Assembly: GCF_963921235.1 (NCBI RefSeq)
Contig: NC_086108.1
Coordinates: forward strand, 111,726,001-111,790,000
Length of the DNA: 64,000 nucleotides
Source: Mobula hypostoma
Lineage: Eukaryota
Direction: 5' to 3'
Shown here: positions 51,191 through 64,000 of the stretch, one piece after another
How positions within the stretch are numbered: the stretch's first letter is position 1
Layout of the letters: each line of letters begins with the position of its first letter
Notes under the pieces: model-generated
Database searches by the model: none
Told to the model about the DNA's origin: nothing
The model's input: the letters and a program-made list of their open reading frames with translations, nothing else
Program-made: the position numbers and the translations under genes

Positions 51191-53724
51191 TGCTGGAAAT
51201 CCAGAGCAGCATCCACAAGATGCCAGAGGAACTGAGCAGGTCGGGCAGCGTCTAGGGAGGGAAGTAAGCAGCCAACGTTTCGGGTTGAGACCCTTCATCG
51301 GGACTTTTTTTTTACGTTTTAGGTTTGTTGATCTTTCCCAGTTAAACCACCAGACGGGGACACAAGTGACCTGATTCAAGGTTTCAACCCAAAGTGTCAA
51401 TTATTTCTTTCTCTGCCCCCCTCCCCCAAGGTTGCTGCTCAGCCTGTTAATTCCTCCCGCAGATTATATGTTGCGCCACTAGATGGGGTTCAAAGCATTT
51501 GCAAAGCAGAATACATAGACCATGAGTGCAGTACATAGAACAATATGACACAGTACAGGCCGCTCTGTACACAGTGTTGTGCAGCATGATCAATCTAACC
51601 CTTCCCTCCCAATGTATTTCAATATATTCTTACAGGGGAAGTCCAGGGCCAAGCCCAGTGGCTCAGTTTCATGTGCAAACCAGCAGTGACAGTGACGACT
51701 TCACTTCCAGCATTTCCTTGTTGACCCTCACCACTCATTACCGATGCATCCTTGCTGGATACATCTCAGCTTGGTACGGCAGCTGCTCTGGCCGTGGCCC
51801 CAGAGAATTGTGAACACATTACGGAAACTAGCCTCCTCTCCACGGACTCTGTTTACACTTCTCATTGCCTGAGGAAAGCAGCCAGCTTTATGAAATACCC
51901 AACTCAACCCGGACATTCTCTCTTCTCCCCATCGGGCAGAAGATACAAAAACCTAAAAGCACGTACCACCAGACTCCAGCACAGCTTCTACCCCACCGTT
52001 ATAAGATTATTGAGCAGTCCCCTCCTACAATAAAAGGACACTTAACTTTACAGTCCGTCTTGCCGTGACTTATTGCCTGCCTGCACTGCACTTTCTCCGT
52101 AACTGTGACACTTTATTCTGTGTTTGTTATTTTCGTACATTGTTCTACCTCAATGCACTGTGTAATGAAAATATCTGTATGGATGGCATGTAAAACAAAA
52201 TTTTTTACTGTATCTCAGGACATGTGACGATAATAAACCAACTTACCAACTTTACCCTGCCACTGAAATCAGGTTTCATAGCCCCTCATTCTCCATTGCT
52301 CAGTGCAGCTCCCGTCTGCCGCGCCTCGAGGGAGGGACGTGATGACATCAGAACTGTGTCTGCTGGCTCCAGCGCCGCCTGCTGTTTAGAACACAGCATG
52401 GGGCCTGTATCTGAAAGACATTCAACTCCCTTGACCTAGTTCATCCTAACTCGAAGGCTCTCACTGAAAGATCACTGGTAAATAATTAACCCAAGTAAGT
52501 GATTCTGGAGTGTAAAAGGGGCAATTAACCTACTGTCCAAACACGGGTACGCAAAGAACAGAACTAATATGCATCCCATTGTCAAATCCAGACAACGCCT
52601 GGGATTATAAACTTACTCAATGAGAGACCAATGGAGGACCATGGTCCAGGTGCAGGTCGATGGGGACGAGGCTGAGGAGCAGGCCGACATGAAGTAGATG
52701 GGCCGTAGGGCCTGTTTCTGTGCTGTAGTGCTCTGAGACTCTGAGAATAAGGGGAAAACTAGCCCTGACCTCCATCACAACCCTGACCCTATTACAACCG
52801 CAATTCAATCCCTTACCCGAACCGCAAACCCACCCCCTATCACAACCCCAACCGCAATCGCAACCCTGGCCCCATCACAAGCCTGACCCTAGAGAGAGGC
52901 TTTCCATTGGTCGAGATCTACCAAGGATGTTACATTCTAGCTGCCTCCTGTCAATACACAAGTCAGTGTAGAAGCCAGGGCCGTTCAATATGGAGAGCGA
53001 GCTGTTGCACATACAGCAGGCTCCCCTTCTCCAAGCACCTGATGAATCCAAAGGAACGGCAGAGACTGATACAATTTGGAATCATGGTATTGCAGGAGTT
53101 GCCAGTCAGCGTTAAACTCAATGTAGGACTGCCTTAGGGACCCCAGCTCCAGATTTTCCCTCGCAGTTTACTCTCGAAGCCTTCCCCATAGCCGCAAAGC
53201 AGTGGAGGTTTGGGATCAGAGTTTTCCTTCTCCAAAATGAGCTGCCAACTACGGCTGACAAGCTCCATCGGCCTGACACAACTAGTTTTAAAGCACCAGT
53301 AACCCAACTTTGCCCCTTCTCCTGTCAGAAGAAATGGTTCCACCAGTCTTAGTATCTAAGCCACACGTGAAGTTCAGGAGGTGGACTTGGTTGTCAGAGT
53401 CTATTTGATGTGCACACCATTGGGAGCACTTAAAAGGCAGTGGGAGCTTGTCCCTATTGCCTCTCCCGGCTATAACAACCTTAAAGAACGTCCGGAGACC
53501 CAACCCACATTCCAATCCCTCAATCCGATCCCAAACCCTTATTCCTTCCCAACAGCATCGTTCATCCCAGTCTGAAGCCCCAACTCAGGACCCACCCCCC
53601 ATCGCAGATCATGACTGCAGTTCAACCCCAGCGCTAGCCCCTACCCCACTCTGAATGTGTGCAGGCAGTGTGACTGGATGGACCCCTACCCTCTCTCTAA
53701 CGCTCACCTCCCACTGTTTTCCAG

Positions 53725-53814
53725 ATCATGCTGGAGGCTCCAGATGAAATTTACTGTTTCCAGTTTTGTCCCACAGACACCAACATTGTGGCGGGCGGCT
53801 GCACGAATGGCCAG
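53725..53814 (+). CDS. DNAI3: DNAI3/WDR63 coding exon (WD40 repeat)
   Basis: ttttccag| ... CAG|gtatgg, phase 0/0. Encodes IMLEAPDEIYCFQFCPTDTNIVAGGCTNGQ. Confidence 0.93.
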
Positions 53815-53849
53815 GTATGGACTGACCCGTGAGTGAGTTACAGGAGCTC

Positions 53850-54085
53850 ATCGGTAGTTAGCGGCAGCACGGTAGCGTAACGCTTCACAGTGCCAGTGAT
53901 CAGGGTTCAATTCCCACCGCTGTCTGTAAGGAGTTCGCACGTTCTCTCTGTGACCATATAGCTTTCCTCCGAGTGCTCTTTCCTCCCACATTCCAAAACT
54001 TATGGGTTAGTAGGTTAACTGATCACATGCGAGTTATTGGGGGGCGTGAGCTCGCTGGGCCGGGTACTGTGCCATATCTCTAAAT
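53850..54085 (+). mobile_element. tRNA-derived SINE (V-SINE/HE1-like); related copies at about 415-590/1360, 21780-22050, 22170-22440, 46430-46600 and 62370-62630
   Basis: B-box-like ggttcaattcc followed by gctgtctgtaaggagtt..gttctc..tttcctcccacattccaaa, recurring through the window. The family name is inferred. Confidence 0.55.
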
Positions 54086-54097
54086 AAAAACAAGTTA

Positions 54098-55005
54098 GAA
54101 ACATAGAAAACCTGCAGCACAATACAGGCCATTCAGCCCACAATGCTGTGCTGAACATGTACATACTTTAAAAATTACCTCGGGTTGTCTATAGCCCTCT
54201 ACTTTTCTAAGCTCCATGTACCTGTCCAGGAGTCTCTTAAAAGACCCTATCGTTTCCGCCTCCACCGCCGCCGGCAGCTAATTCCACGCACTCACCACTC
54301 TCTGCGTAAAAAAGCTTACCCCTGACATCTCCTATGTACCTACTTCCAAGCACTTAAAACTGTGCCCTCTTGTGCTAGCCATTTCAGCCCTGGGAAAAAG
54401 CCTCTGACTATCCACATGATCAATGCTGCTCATCATCTTATACACCTCTATCAGGTCACCTCTCATCCTCCGTCACTCTAAGGAGAAAAGGCCGAGTTCA
54501 TTCAACCTATTCTCATAAGGCATGCTCCCCAATCCAGGCAACATCCTTGTAAATCTCCTCTGCACCCTTTCTATAGTTTCCACATCCTTCCTGTAGTGAG
54601 GTGACCAGAACTGAGCACAGTACTCCAAGTGGGGTCTGACCAGGGTCCTATATAGCTGCAATATTACCTTTCAGCTCTTGAACTCAGTCTCATGATTGAT
54701 GAAGGCCAATGCACCGTATGCCTTCTTAACCACAGAGTCAACCTGTGTAGCAGCTTTGAGTGTCCTATGGACTCAGACCCCAAGATCCCTCTGATCCTCC
54801 ACACTGCCAAGAGTCTTACCATTAATGCTATATTCTGCCATCATATTTGACCTACCAAAATGAACCACCTCACAGTTATCTGGGTTGAACTCCATCTGCC
54901 ACTTCTCAGCCCATTTTTGCATCCTATCACTGTCCCGCTGTAACCTTTGACAGCCCTCCACACTATCCACAACACCCCCAACCTTCGTATCATCAGCAAA
55001 CTCAC
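54098..55005 (-). mobile_element. CR1 LINE 3' fragment (same subfamily as 40215-41425)
   Basis: ORFs 54773..54970 and 54473..54661 are nearly identical in translation to 40454..41188. Confidence 0.88.
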
Positions 55006-55289
55006 TCTAGGTGCTTTGTTTTCCTGCCACGTTGCAAGGACGTACGGGTTAGGTTAGGAAGTCGTGGGCGTGCTGGTTGGCATCAGAAGCATGGCAACGC
55101 TTGCGAGCTGCCCAGCACAATCCCTTGACCACTACCCTACTGTGCGGCTGTAATGCTTGTGGTGGGGTGTCGCATTTGGTTTTGTGATACTCCTGTGAAC
55201 TGCCCTGGGTCGTCGTACACAAGTGGAGAGGGTGTATATAAAAGAAGGTTGTCACAGTTAATGATGTTTGCTCTCTAACCCCTGAGCAG

Positions 55290-55379
55290 GTTGTGCTGTG
55301 GGACATCAGTGAGTTTGCAGAGAGATTGCAGGGCTACCTTCCAAACGCAAAGCCCGAAACCCACAAATCAAACCTGCTG
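55290..55379 (+). CDS. DNAI3: DNAI3/WDR63 coding exon
   Basis: ctaacccctgagcag| ... |gtgagt, phase 0/0. Encodes VVLWDISEFAERLQGYLPNAKPETHKSNLL. Confidence 0.9.
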
Positions 55380-55860
55380 GTGAGTACAGGAAGACACAAA
55401 ATGAAATTTTGTGAGAGGGAGGGAATTGGAATTAGATTATCATTGTAACATGTACTGAGATACAATGAAAAGCTTGTCTTGTCATACTGTTCATACAGAT
55501 CAAATCATTATACAGTGCAGGTAAACGAAGAAGTGCAGGATCACAACGAGGGTTTAATAAAGTTGTTCTTAAATTAAAATATAATTTAAAACAACTGAAA
55601 TGTTTGTTGATGGCTTCAGTAAACACTATTGAGGGCCCAGAGGAGGTTCACAAAAATCTATCGTATATTGAAAGACCTCGACAGAATGGACGTGGAGAGG
55701 ATCTTTCCTATAGTGGGGGAAGATAGGACCACAGGGCACAGTTTATATTAGAGGGATGTCCATTTAGAACAGAGATAAGGAGGGATTTCTTTAGCCAGGA
55801 GTAGTGAATCTGTGGAATTCCTCACCGCAGACAGCTGTGGAGGCCAAGTCATTAAGTATA

Positions 55861-58150
55861 CACAGATCTCTCAGTGGGTGAGCATCTGGGGGACAGTGAC
55901 CACCGCTCCCTGGCCTTTAGCATTATCATGGAAAAGGACAGAATCAGAGAGGACAAGAAAATTTTTAATTGGAGAAGGGCAAATTATGAGGCTATAAGGC
56001 TAGAACTTGCGGGTGTAAATTGGGATGATGTTTTTGCAGGGAAATGTACTATGGACATGTGGTCGATGTTTAGAGATCTCTTGCAGGATGTTAGGGATAA
56101 ATTTGTCCCGGTGAGGAAGATAAAGAATGGTAGGGTGAAGGAACCATGGGTGACAAGTGAGGTGGAAAATCTAGTCAGGTGGAAGAAGGCAGCATACATG
56201 AGGTTTAGGAAGCAAGGATCAGATGGGTCTATTGAGGAATATAGGGAAGCAAGAAAGGAGCTTAAGAAGGGGCTGAGAAGAGCAAGAAGGGGACATGAGA
56301 AGGCCTTGGTGAGGAAAACCAAGGTAAAGGAAAACCCCACGGCATTCTTCAATTATGTGAAGAAAAAAAGGATGACAGGAGTGAAGGTAGGACCGATTAG
56401 AGATAAAGGTGGGAAGATGTGCCTGGAGGCTGTGGAAGTGAGCGAGGTCCTCAATGAATACTTCTCTTTGGTATTCACCAATGAGAGGGAACTTGATGAT
56501 GGTGAGGACAATATGAGTGAGGTTGATGTTCTGGAGCATGTTGATATTAAGGGAGAGGAGGTGTTGGAGTTGTTAAAATACATTAGGACGGATAAGTCCC
56601 CGGGGCCTGACGGAATATTCCCCAGGCTGCTCCACGAGGCGAGGGAAGAGATTGCTGAGCCTCTGGCTAGGATCTTTATGTCCTCGTTGTCCACGGGAAT
56701 GGTACCGGAGGATTGGAGGGAGGCGAATGTTGTCCCCTTGTTCAAAAAAGGTAGTAGGGATAGTCCGGGTAATTATAGACCAGTAAGCCTTACGTCTGTG
56801 GTGGGAAAGCTGTTGGAAAAGATTCTTAGAGATACGATCTATGGGCATTTAGAGAATCATGGTCTGATCAGGGACAGTCAGCATGGCTTTGTGAAGGGCA
56901 GATCATGTCTAACAAGCCTGATAGAGTTCTTTGTGGAGGTGACCAAGCATAGAGATGAGGGTAGTGCAGTGGATGTGATCTATATGGATTTTATTAAGGC
57001 ATTTGACAAGGTTCCACACGGTAGGCTTATTCAGAAAGTCAGAAGGCATGGGATCCAGGGAAGTTTGGCCAGGTGGATTTAGAATTGGCTTGCCTGCAGA
57101 AGGCAGAGGGTCGTGGTGGAGGGAGTACATTCAGATTGGAGGATTGTGACTCGTGGTGTCCCACAAGGATCTGTTCTGGGACCTCTACTTTTCGTGATTT
57201 TTATTAATGACCTGGATGTGGGGGTAGAAGGGTGGGTTAGCAAGTTTGCAGATGACACAAAGGTTGGTGGTGGTGTAGATAGCGTAGAGGATTGTCAAAG
57301 ATTGCAGAGAGACATTGATAGGATGCAGAAGTGGGCTGAGAAGTGGCAGATGGAGTTCAACCCGGAGAAGTGTGAGGTGGTACACGTTGGAAGGACAAAC
57401 TCCAAGGCAGAGTACAAAGTAAATGTCAGGGTGCTTGGTAGTGTGGAGGAGCAGAGGGATCTCGGGGTACATGTCCACAGATCCCTGAAAGTTGCCTCAC
57501 AGGTGGATAGGGTAGTTCAGAAAGCTTATGGGGTGTTAGCTTTCATAAGTCGAGGGATAGAGTTTAAGAGTCGCGATGTAATGATGCAGCTCCATAAAAC
57601 TCTGATTAGGCCACACTTGGAGTACTGTGTCCAGTTCTGGTTGCCTCATTATAGGAAGGATGTGGAAGCATTGGAAAGGGTACAGAGGAGATTTACCGGG
57701 ATGCTGCCTAGTTTAGAGAGTATGCATTATGATCAGGGATTAGGGGAGCTAGGGCTTTACTCTTTGGAGAGAAGGAGGATGAGAGGAGACATGATAGAGG
57801 TGTACAAGATAATAAGAGGAACAGACAGAGTGGATAGCCAGCGCCTCTTCCCCAGGGCACCACTGCTCAATACAAGAGGACATGGCTTTAAGGTAAGGGG
57901 TGGAAAGTTCAAGGGGGATATTAGAGGAAGGTTTTTTACTCAGAGAGTGGTTGGTGCGTGGAATGCACTGCCTGAGACAGTGGTGGAGGCAGATACACTA
58001 GTGAAATTTAAGAGACTACTAGACAGGTATGGTATATAGAGGAATTTAAGGTGGGGGGGGTTATATGGGAGGCAGGGTTTGAGGGTCGGCACAACATTGT
58101 GGGCCGAAGGGCCTGTACTATGCTGTACTATTCTGTGTTCTATGTTCTAT
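55861..58150 (+). mobile_element. CR1 LINE 3' 2.3-kb fragment, young
   Basis: ORFs 55874..57082 and 57113..58039 are in one frame separated by a single stop. Tail (ttctatg)n. Confidence 0.93.
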
Positions 58151-60251
58151 AATTAAAACGGAGGTTGGTAAGTTCCTGTGATGTACTGGGCCTTTTCCAC
58201 TACTTTCTGTAGATTTTTCCATTCCTGGGCATGGGTGTTTCCATACCAGGTCGTGATGTAACCTGTCAGGACTCTCATCCTGTCTCTACCAAGCTCTTCT
58301 CCATCCAGTTAACCAGACTAGATTCTCCCTTCGCTTTCCCAGAGTATGTTGGCCCAAATTCCAAATGTGCTTCAGGGACTTTCTCGTAAACCTTGGGCTG
58401 TTTCTCTTCAAGAAATGAGCTGGGCAGATGTTAGTAAAGGCAGACAATAGTGAAGTCCCCAGCAGATCCCACTGATTCCCCAAAAGCCATGGACAGTAAA
58501 TGGAATGAGGATTCTGGGCTGGAATCACTGCACAGCCAAAGCAGCAGCCAAACTTCAGAAATACTTCAGGAGTTGACGTGTCTACCAGTGTTGGTTAGAA
58601 CATAGAACAGTACAGGCCCTTTGACCCACAATGTGGTGCCAACCTTATAACCTACTCTACGATCAATCTAACCCTTTCTTCAGATTCAGATTCAGAACTA
58701 TTTATCTCACATACATCATAACATAGAGAGAAATGTGTCATTTGCATCACACCCTGACCAGTGGGATAACTTCACTCAATTTCATCTGCCCCAGCACTGA
58801 GCAGATCCCACAACCCATGGACTTCCTTGTACAATGCTGTAAGGTTCTATATTCTAACCCCCTTAAGTCCGGATGATCATCTTCAACCCTAAGGATTGAG
58901 CAAAGCAGTCGAGCACCTCCCCTCCATCTGAAAAAAAGCAGGATTTCCCAGTGGACAACCATTTCAATTCTAATTCCCATTCCCATTATGACATGTCGAC
59001 CCATGATCTCCTCTCTGCCATGATGAGGTTGGGAGAGCAATCCCTAATATTTCATCTAGTAGCCTGCAACCTGATGGATCTCTGTTTATTTTCTGATCCT
59101 TACAGTTCTTCCAGGAGTCAGGAAAGACGATCTGTCTTAATTCCAATATTTCAGTTTATCTTAGAGTACAAACAAATGCTAAGCAAACTAAATAAAGAGC
59201 TGAGAAACAATGCTAAGGGGTTGGAAAAGCAGCACTTATATTCTGTCTGGGTAGCCTCCAACCCGATGGCGTGAGCTTTAATTTCTGAAACATCTGGTAA
59301 TTGTTTCCCCACCCCCTTTTCCCTCACGTCCTTACCTGCCCATCACCTCCCTCCGGCGCTCTTTGCCCTTCCCTTCCTTCCAGGACCTCTATCCTCTCCT
59401 ATAACATTCCCCCTTCTCCAGCCCTTTATCTCTTTCACCAAACAACTTCCCAGATCTTTACTTCACCTCTCTCTCTCTCCCAGTTTCACCTATCACCTAC
59501 TACCTTGTACTTCTTCCTCCCCCCCCCACTTTCTCACTCCACTTCTCATCTCTTTTTTCCCGTCTTAATGAAGGTTCTTAGCCCAAAATGTTGACTGTTT
59601 CCTCTTTTCCATGGTTGTTGCCTGGCCCGCTGCATTTTACGTGTGTTGCTTTGGATTTCTAGCATCTGCTTCTTTTATTTCTGATTATTAAGGTGATAAA
59701 CTGTTAGTTTAGCTACTATACAACTTTCTGCCAGTGAGTGGGGATGAACCACCACTGACTGTGAAAAATTTGTTAAAAGTACAAATGTTATAAAAGATAT
59801 TATTTAAAAAAAACAGTGGCTTCCAACAAACCTGATGGCATGTACACTGAATTCTTTAACTTCCTTTAATTTTTTTCCCTTCCCCATCACCCCTTACCTC
59901 TTCTCCTCACCAGCCTATCACCTCCTCCTGGTGCCCCTCCACCTTCCTTTTCTCCCATGGTCCACTCTCCTCTCCTATCAGATTCCTTTCCCTCCAGCGG
60001 TTTACCTTTTCCACCCATCACCTCCCAGCCTCTTACTTCATCTCCCCTCCCCCACCCACCTTCTTATTTTAGCATCTCCGCCCTTCCTTTGCAATCCTGA
60101 TGAAGGATCTCAGCCCAAAACGTCAGCTGCCTATTCCTCTCCACGGATCCTGCCTGCCCTGCTGAGTTCCTTCAGTGATTTCTGTGTTTGTTTGGAATGC
60201 TGCTTACGAGATATGTTAAGGTAAAGTTGTTCCTGATGTTTCAATTCCCAG

Positions 60252-60374
60252 CCTGAGTTGGATCCGGCATCTCCTTGTGAAGTCCCTATTGCTCGTCACT
60301 GTGCAGTGTCATCCATAGACAATGGCCACAAGTCCCTCATCACTGACCTGTGCTGGCTGCCCGATCACTTTCAG
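60252..60374 (+). CDS. DNAI3: DNAI3/WDR63 coding exon (gene continues beyond window)
   Basis: ttcccag| ... CAG|gtaaga, phase 0/0. Encodes PELDPASPCEVPIARHCAVSSIDNGHKSLITDLCWLPDHFQ (RHCAVSSIxNGHK motif). Confidence 0.92.
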
Positions 60375-63099
60375 GTAAGAAAAATTCTCGTCCAAATGTT
60401 TAGTGAGATGAGAACTGGAGGTCATGGGTTAAAGATGAAAGGTGAAATGTTTAAGTGGAACCTGAGGGGTACTTCTTCAATCACAGAATGGTCAGAGTGT
60501 GGAACGAGCTGTCAGAAGATGTGGTGGTGCTGGGCTTGATCTCAACATTTAAGAGAAGTTCGGATACATGGATCAGAGGGATATGGAGGGATATGGTCTG
60601 GGTGCAGGTCAACGGTACTAGACATACTAACAGTTCCGCATGGACTAAGTCGGCCAAAGGGCTTGCTTCTGTTCTGTGGTGTTCTATTGGTTGTGGTCAT
60701 CAACTGGGAAGGTCACCATTTATCACCCCTGGCCTCCTGGTCTCTGAGAAGTTCAATAGGTACATATAATGTCAGAGAAATGTACACAATATACATCCGG
60801 AAATTCTTTTTCTTCAGTTGGGGGAGAGCCGCCTTCTCGATCCACTGCAGTCCTTGGGGTGAAGGAGCTCCCTTACCGCTGTCAGGGAGGGAGTTCCAGC
60901 ATTTAGATATAAACTTCCATGTTACATGGGATTACAATTCAGTGGGGAACCCGCAGGAACCTCTGCCCTCCTTGATGCTCAAGGTCATGGTTCTGAGAAG
61001 GAATCAGGAGGTACAGGGGCCTGAAGACTCACACCTCAAAGTTCGACAACAGCTTCGTCCCCACTGTCATCAGGTTCTTGAACCAATCTGAAAATCCTTC
61101 ATTCTGACTCGTTGTTATTTCCCTCGACTTACACTAATGCATTATGCCTCATTCCGATAGGACTGTCATGTTGATTTTAGTTGATGTAATTCATGTTTGT
61201 CTAGTCAACAATGTATTGTGCTGCTGTTGTTGCAAAAAGGTTATTTTCAAGAACATGAACATTGGTTTCTCCAACTTCCAGTAAGTTTTCCCTCTCCTCC
61301 TCCCCCCTTCTTCAATTCCACACTCTGGCCTCTTATCTCTTCTCCTCCCATGCCTATCACCTTAAAGTTCAAAGTAAAATTTATTGTCAGAGTACTTACA
61401 ACCCAGACATTCTTTCTCCTGCAAGTTTATAGAATAGTAACTGTAAGCAGGATCAGAGAAAGAGCAAGAGCATAGAAAACAAACTGTGTAAATGCAAATA
61501 TAAATAAATAGGATTAAATAACAAGAGCATGAAATAACAAGATAAAGAGTCCTTAAAGTGAGATCATTGATTGTGGGAACATCTCAATGGATGAGTGTAA
61601 TTATCCCCTGTTGTTCAAGAGTCTGATGGTTGAGGGGTAGTAACTGTTCTTGAACCTGGTGGTGTGAGTCCTGGGGCTCCCGTACCTTCTAACTGAAAGC
61701 AGCAGCGAGAAAGAAGCATGGCCTGAATAGTAAGGATTTTTGATGATGGATGCTGCTTTTCTACAGCCGTGTTTCATATAGATGTGCGGAGTGGTTTGGC
61801 TGGCTTTACTTGTTATGTACTGGGCCAAATCCACTACCTCCCTTGGGAGTTCCTCCTCCTTCACTTTCTCCTATACATCCTTCTCCTGTCAGATTTCTTC
61901 TTCTAAAACCCTTTACCTTTTTCACCTATCACCTCCCAGCTTCTTACTTCACCCCCCCCCCCAACTCCCCCACCCATCTGGCTTCACCTTCTAGCTCTTC
62001 CTCCTTCTTTTCCCTCCCACTGACTTATTCTGATATCTTCTGCATTCCTTTCCAATCCTGATGAAGGATCTCGGCATAAAAAGTCAACTGTTCATTCATT
62101 TCCATAGATACTGCCTGACTTGCTGAGTTCATCCAACATTTTGTGTGTGTTACCTTTCAAGAAATCTTGGTCTGTACCCCCATACCAATAAACTTAACAC
62201 ATAGAACATTACAGCACAGTTCAGTACAGGCTCTTCAGTCCACAATGTTGTACGAAACTTCTAACCTACCCTACGGTTAATCAAATCCTTTACTCCCACA
62301 TAACCTCCATTTTTCTATCATCTATGTGCCTACCAAAGAACCCCTTAAACTTTTATTTTTATTTTATTCAAAGATGCAGCACAGACCAGAACCTTCCGGC
62401 CCAACAAGCTGGGCCACCAGCAGCCCACCTATTTAACCCTAGCTCAATCATGGGGCCATTTACTGGCCTAGCCGGTCCATCTTTGGACTGTGGGAGGAAA
62501 CCGAAGCACTGAGAGAAAACCCGCATATTCCTCGAGGAGTGTGTACAAACTCCTCACAGAGGACACCAGGATTGAACTCTGAACTCTGATGCCCTAAGCT
62601 GTAATGTGCTAAGCACTACGCTAATGTGGCGCCCAAATATCCCTGATGTATCAACCTCCACCACCCACCCAGGCATCTACCACTTTCTGTGTCAAAATAA
62701 AAACTTACCTCTGATATCGCCCCCTATACCTTTCTCCAATCTCCTTAGATTTATGCCCTGCTCTCCTTGTCACTGTGAAGGTGGGGTGAGCCATTTTCAG
62801 TCTCGTAAAATGTCTCTGGTTGCCCACTTGATCTATAAACACCTCATGATGTAGCAGGAGAGACTGGGTCTGTTGGGCTTGTGTTCACTGGAGTTTCAAA
62901 GAAAGAGGGGGAGGGGGATCTCAAAGCAGCGTTTTTAAGGACTGGACAGACCAGATATGGGAAAGCTGTTCCTGCGCTGAGGAGTTTTGACCTACCATTC
63001 AATGGTTCAGGTAACCGGATGCAGAACCAAAATCAGGAGAAATGATTGAATCTCAATCAGGTTTATTAACCCTGTCATAGATGTTGTGAAATTATCTCC

Positions 63100-63625
63100 A
63101 GTCTGTTTCGACATGTCAGTTCATGGCCTCCTCTTCTGCTACAATGAGGCCACTCTCAGGTTGGAGGAGCAACACTTTATATTCCGTCTGGTTAGCCTCC
63201 AACCTGATAGCACGAACTTCGATTTCTCTCCGTCATTTCTTTCCCCTCCCTCTTCTCTTTTCTTCAATTTCCCTCCCTGGTCTCTTACCTCTTCTCTTCA
63301 CCTATCACCTCTCCCCGGTGCTCTTCCTCTTCCCCTTTTCTCACCTGGTTCACTCTCCTCTCCTATCAGATTCCTCCTTCTCCAGCCCTTTATCTTTTCC
63401 ACCTATCACCTCCCAGCTTCTTCCTTCAACTTCTCTCCCACCCACCCGGCTTGACCTTCCACCTTCGAGCTTGTCCTCTCCCCCCCACCAACCTTATTCT
63501 GGCATTCTCCCCTTTTCTTCCCAGACTTGATGAAGGGTCTCAGCCTGAAACGTTGACAGTTTATTCATTTCCACAGATGCTGCCTAACCTGCTGAGGTCC
63601 TCCAGCATTTTGCGCGTGTTGTTGT
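63100..63625 (+). mobile_element. Degenerate PLE 3' end; similar remnants at about 58900-59670, 59815-60190 and 61850-62150
   Basis: DMSVHGLL..EATLRLEEQH.IFRL endonuclease C-terminus, a pyrimidine-rich tract and a decayed hammerhead at about 63522-63560. Confidence 0.75.
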
Positions 63626-64000
63626 GAAATTTGTTCTTTTGTGGCAACAGTACTCCGCAAAGACAGAGAGAAATAACAAGGTTTATACACAGAATGCTCA
63701 GAAATCTTGTGGCAGGAGGGAAGGAATTCTTCTTGAATCATTGAATGTGGGTCTTCAGACTTATGTACCTCTTCCCTGATGGTGATAATGAAAAGCAGGC
63801 ATGTCCCAGATGGTAAGGGCCCTCTTCTTGAGACATCACCTCTTGAAAATATCTCAGAGGGTGGTGACTGTATGGAATTCTCTCCCACAGAAAGCAGTGG
63901 AGACCAAGTCATTATATGCAATGGATGCAACACACATCAAAGTTGCTGGGGAACACAGCAGGCCAGGCAGCATCTCTAGGAAGAGGTACAGTCGACGTTT

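Noticed and set aside
55874..58039. Active CR1 element
   Set aside because: It is 5' truncated (no ORF1, most of the endonuclease missing) with an internal stop at 57080-57082.
1700..64000. Retrozyme-type tandem hammerhead arrays
   Set aside because: The hammerheads are dispersed and attached to PLE ends. No head-to-tail monomers were seen.

Overview
Eukaryotic, repeat-dense vertebrate DNA. The repeat repertoire suggests a cartilaginous fish such as a ray; this is an inference. The window lies inside one + strand host gene, DNAI3/WDR63 (axonemal dynein intermediate chain, WD40). Ten phase-compatible coding exons (13618-60374, about 451 codons) plus a probable upstream Lys-rich exon ending at 51 were reconstructed by eye. 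The introns hold CR1 LINEs, Rex1/Babar-like and RTE LINE fragments, Neptune-type Penelope-like elements (PLEs), a Tc1 transposon, hAT-Charlie elements, SINEs and minisatellites. Four observations stand out. (1) About 16 copies of a minimal type I hammerhead ribozyme motif occur in PLE ends and in 130-150 bp inserts with their own target-site duplications (TSDs). (2) A 79-bp minisatellite is built from a DNAI3 3' splice site and gives ten decoy acceptors: nine lead to an immediate stop and one adds 27 aa in frame. (3) Two rearranged PLE insertions share nearly the same end point about 20 nt past the ribozyme cleavage site. (4) Kilobase-scale inverted repeat pairs bracket blocks of exons.
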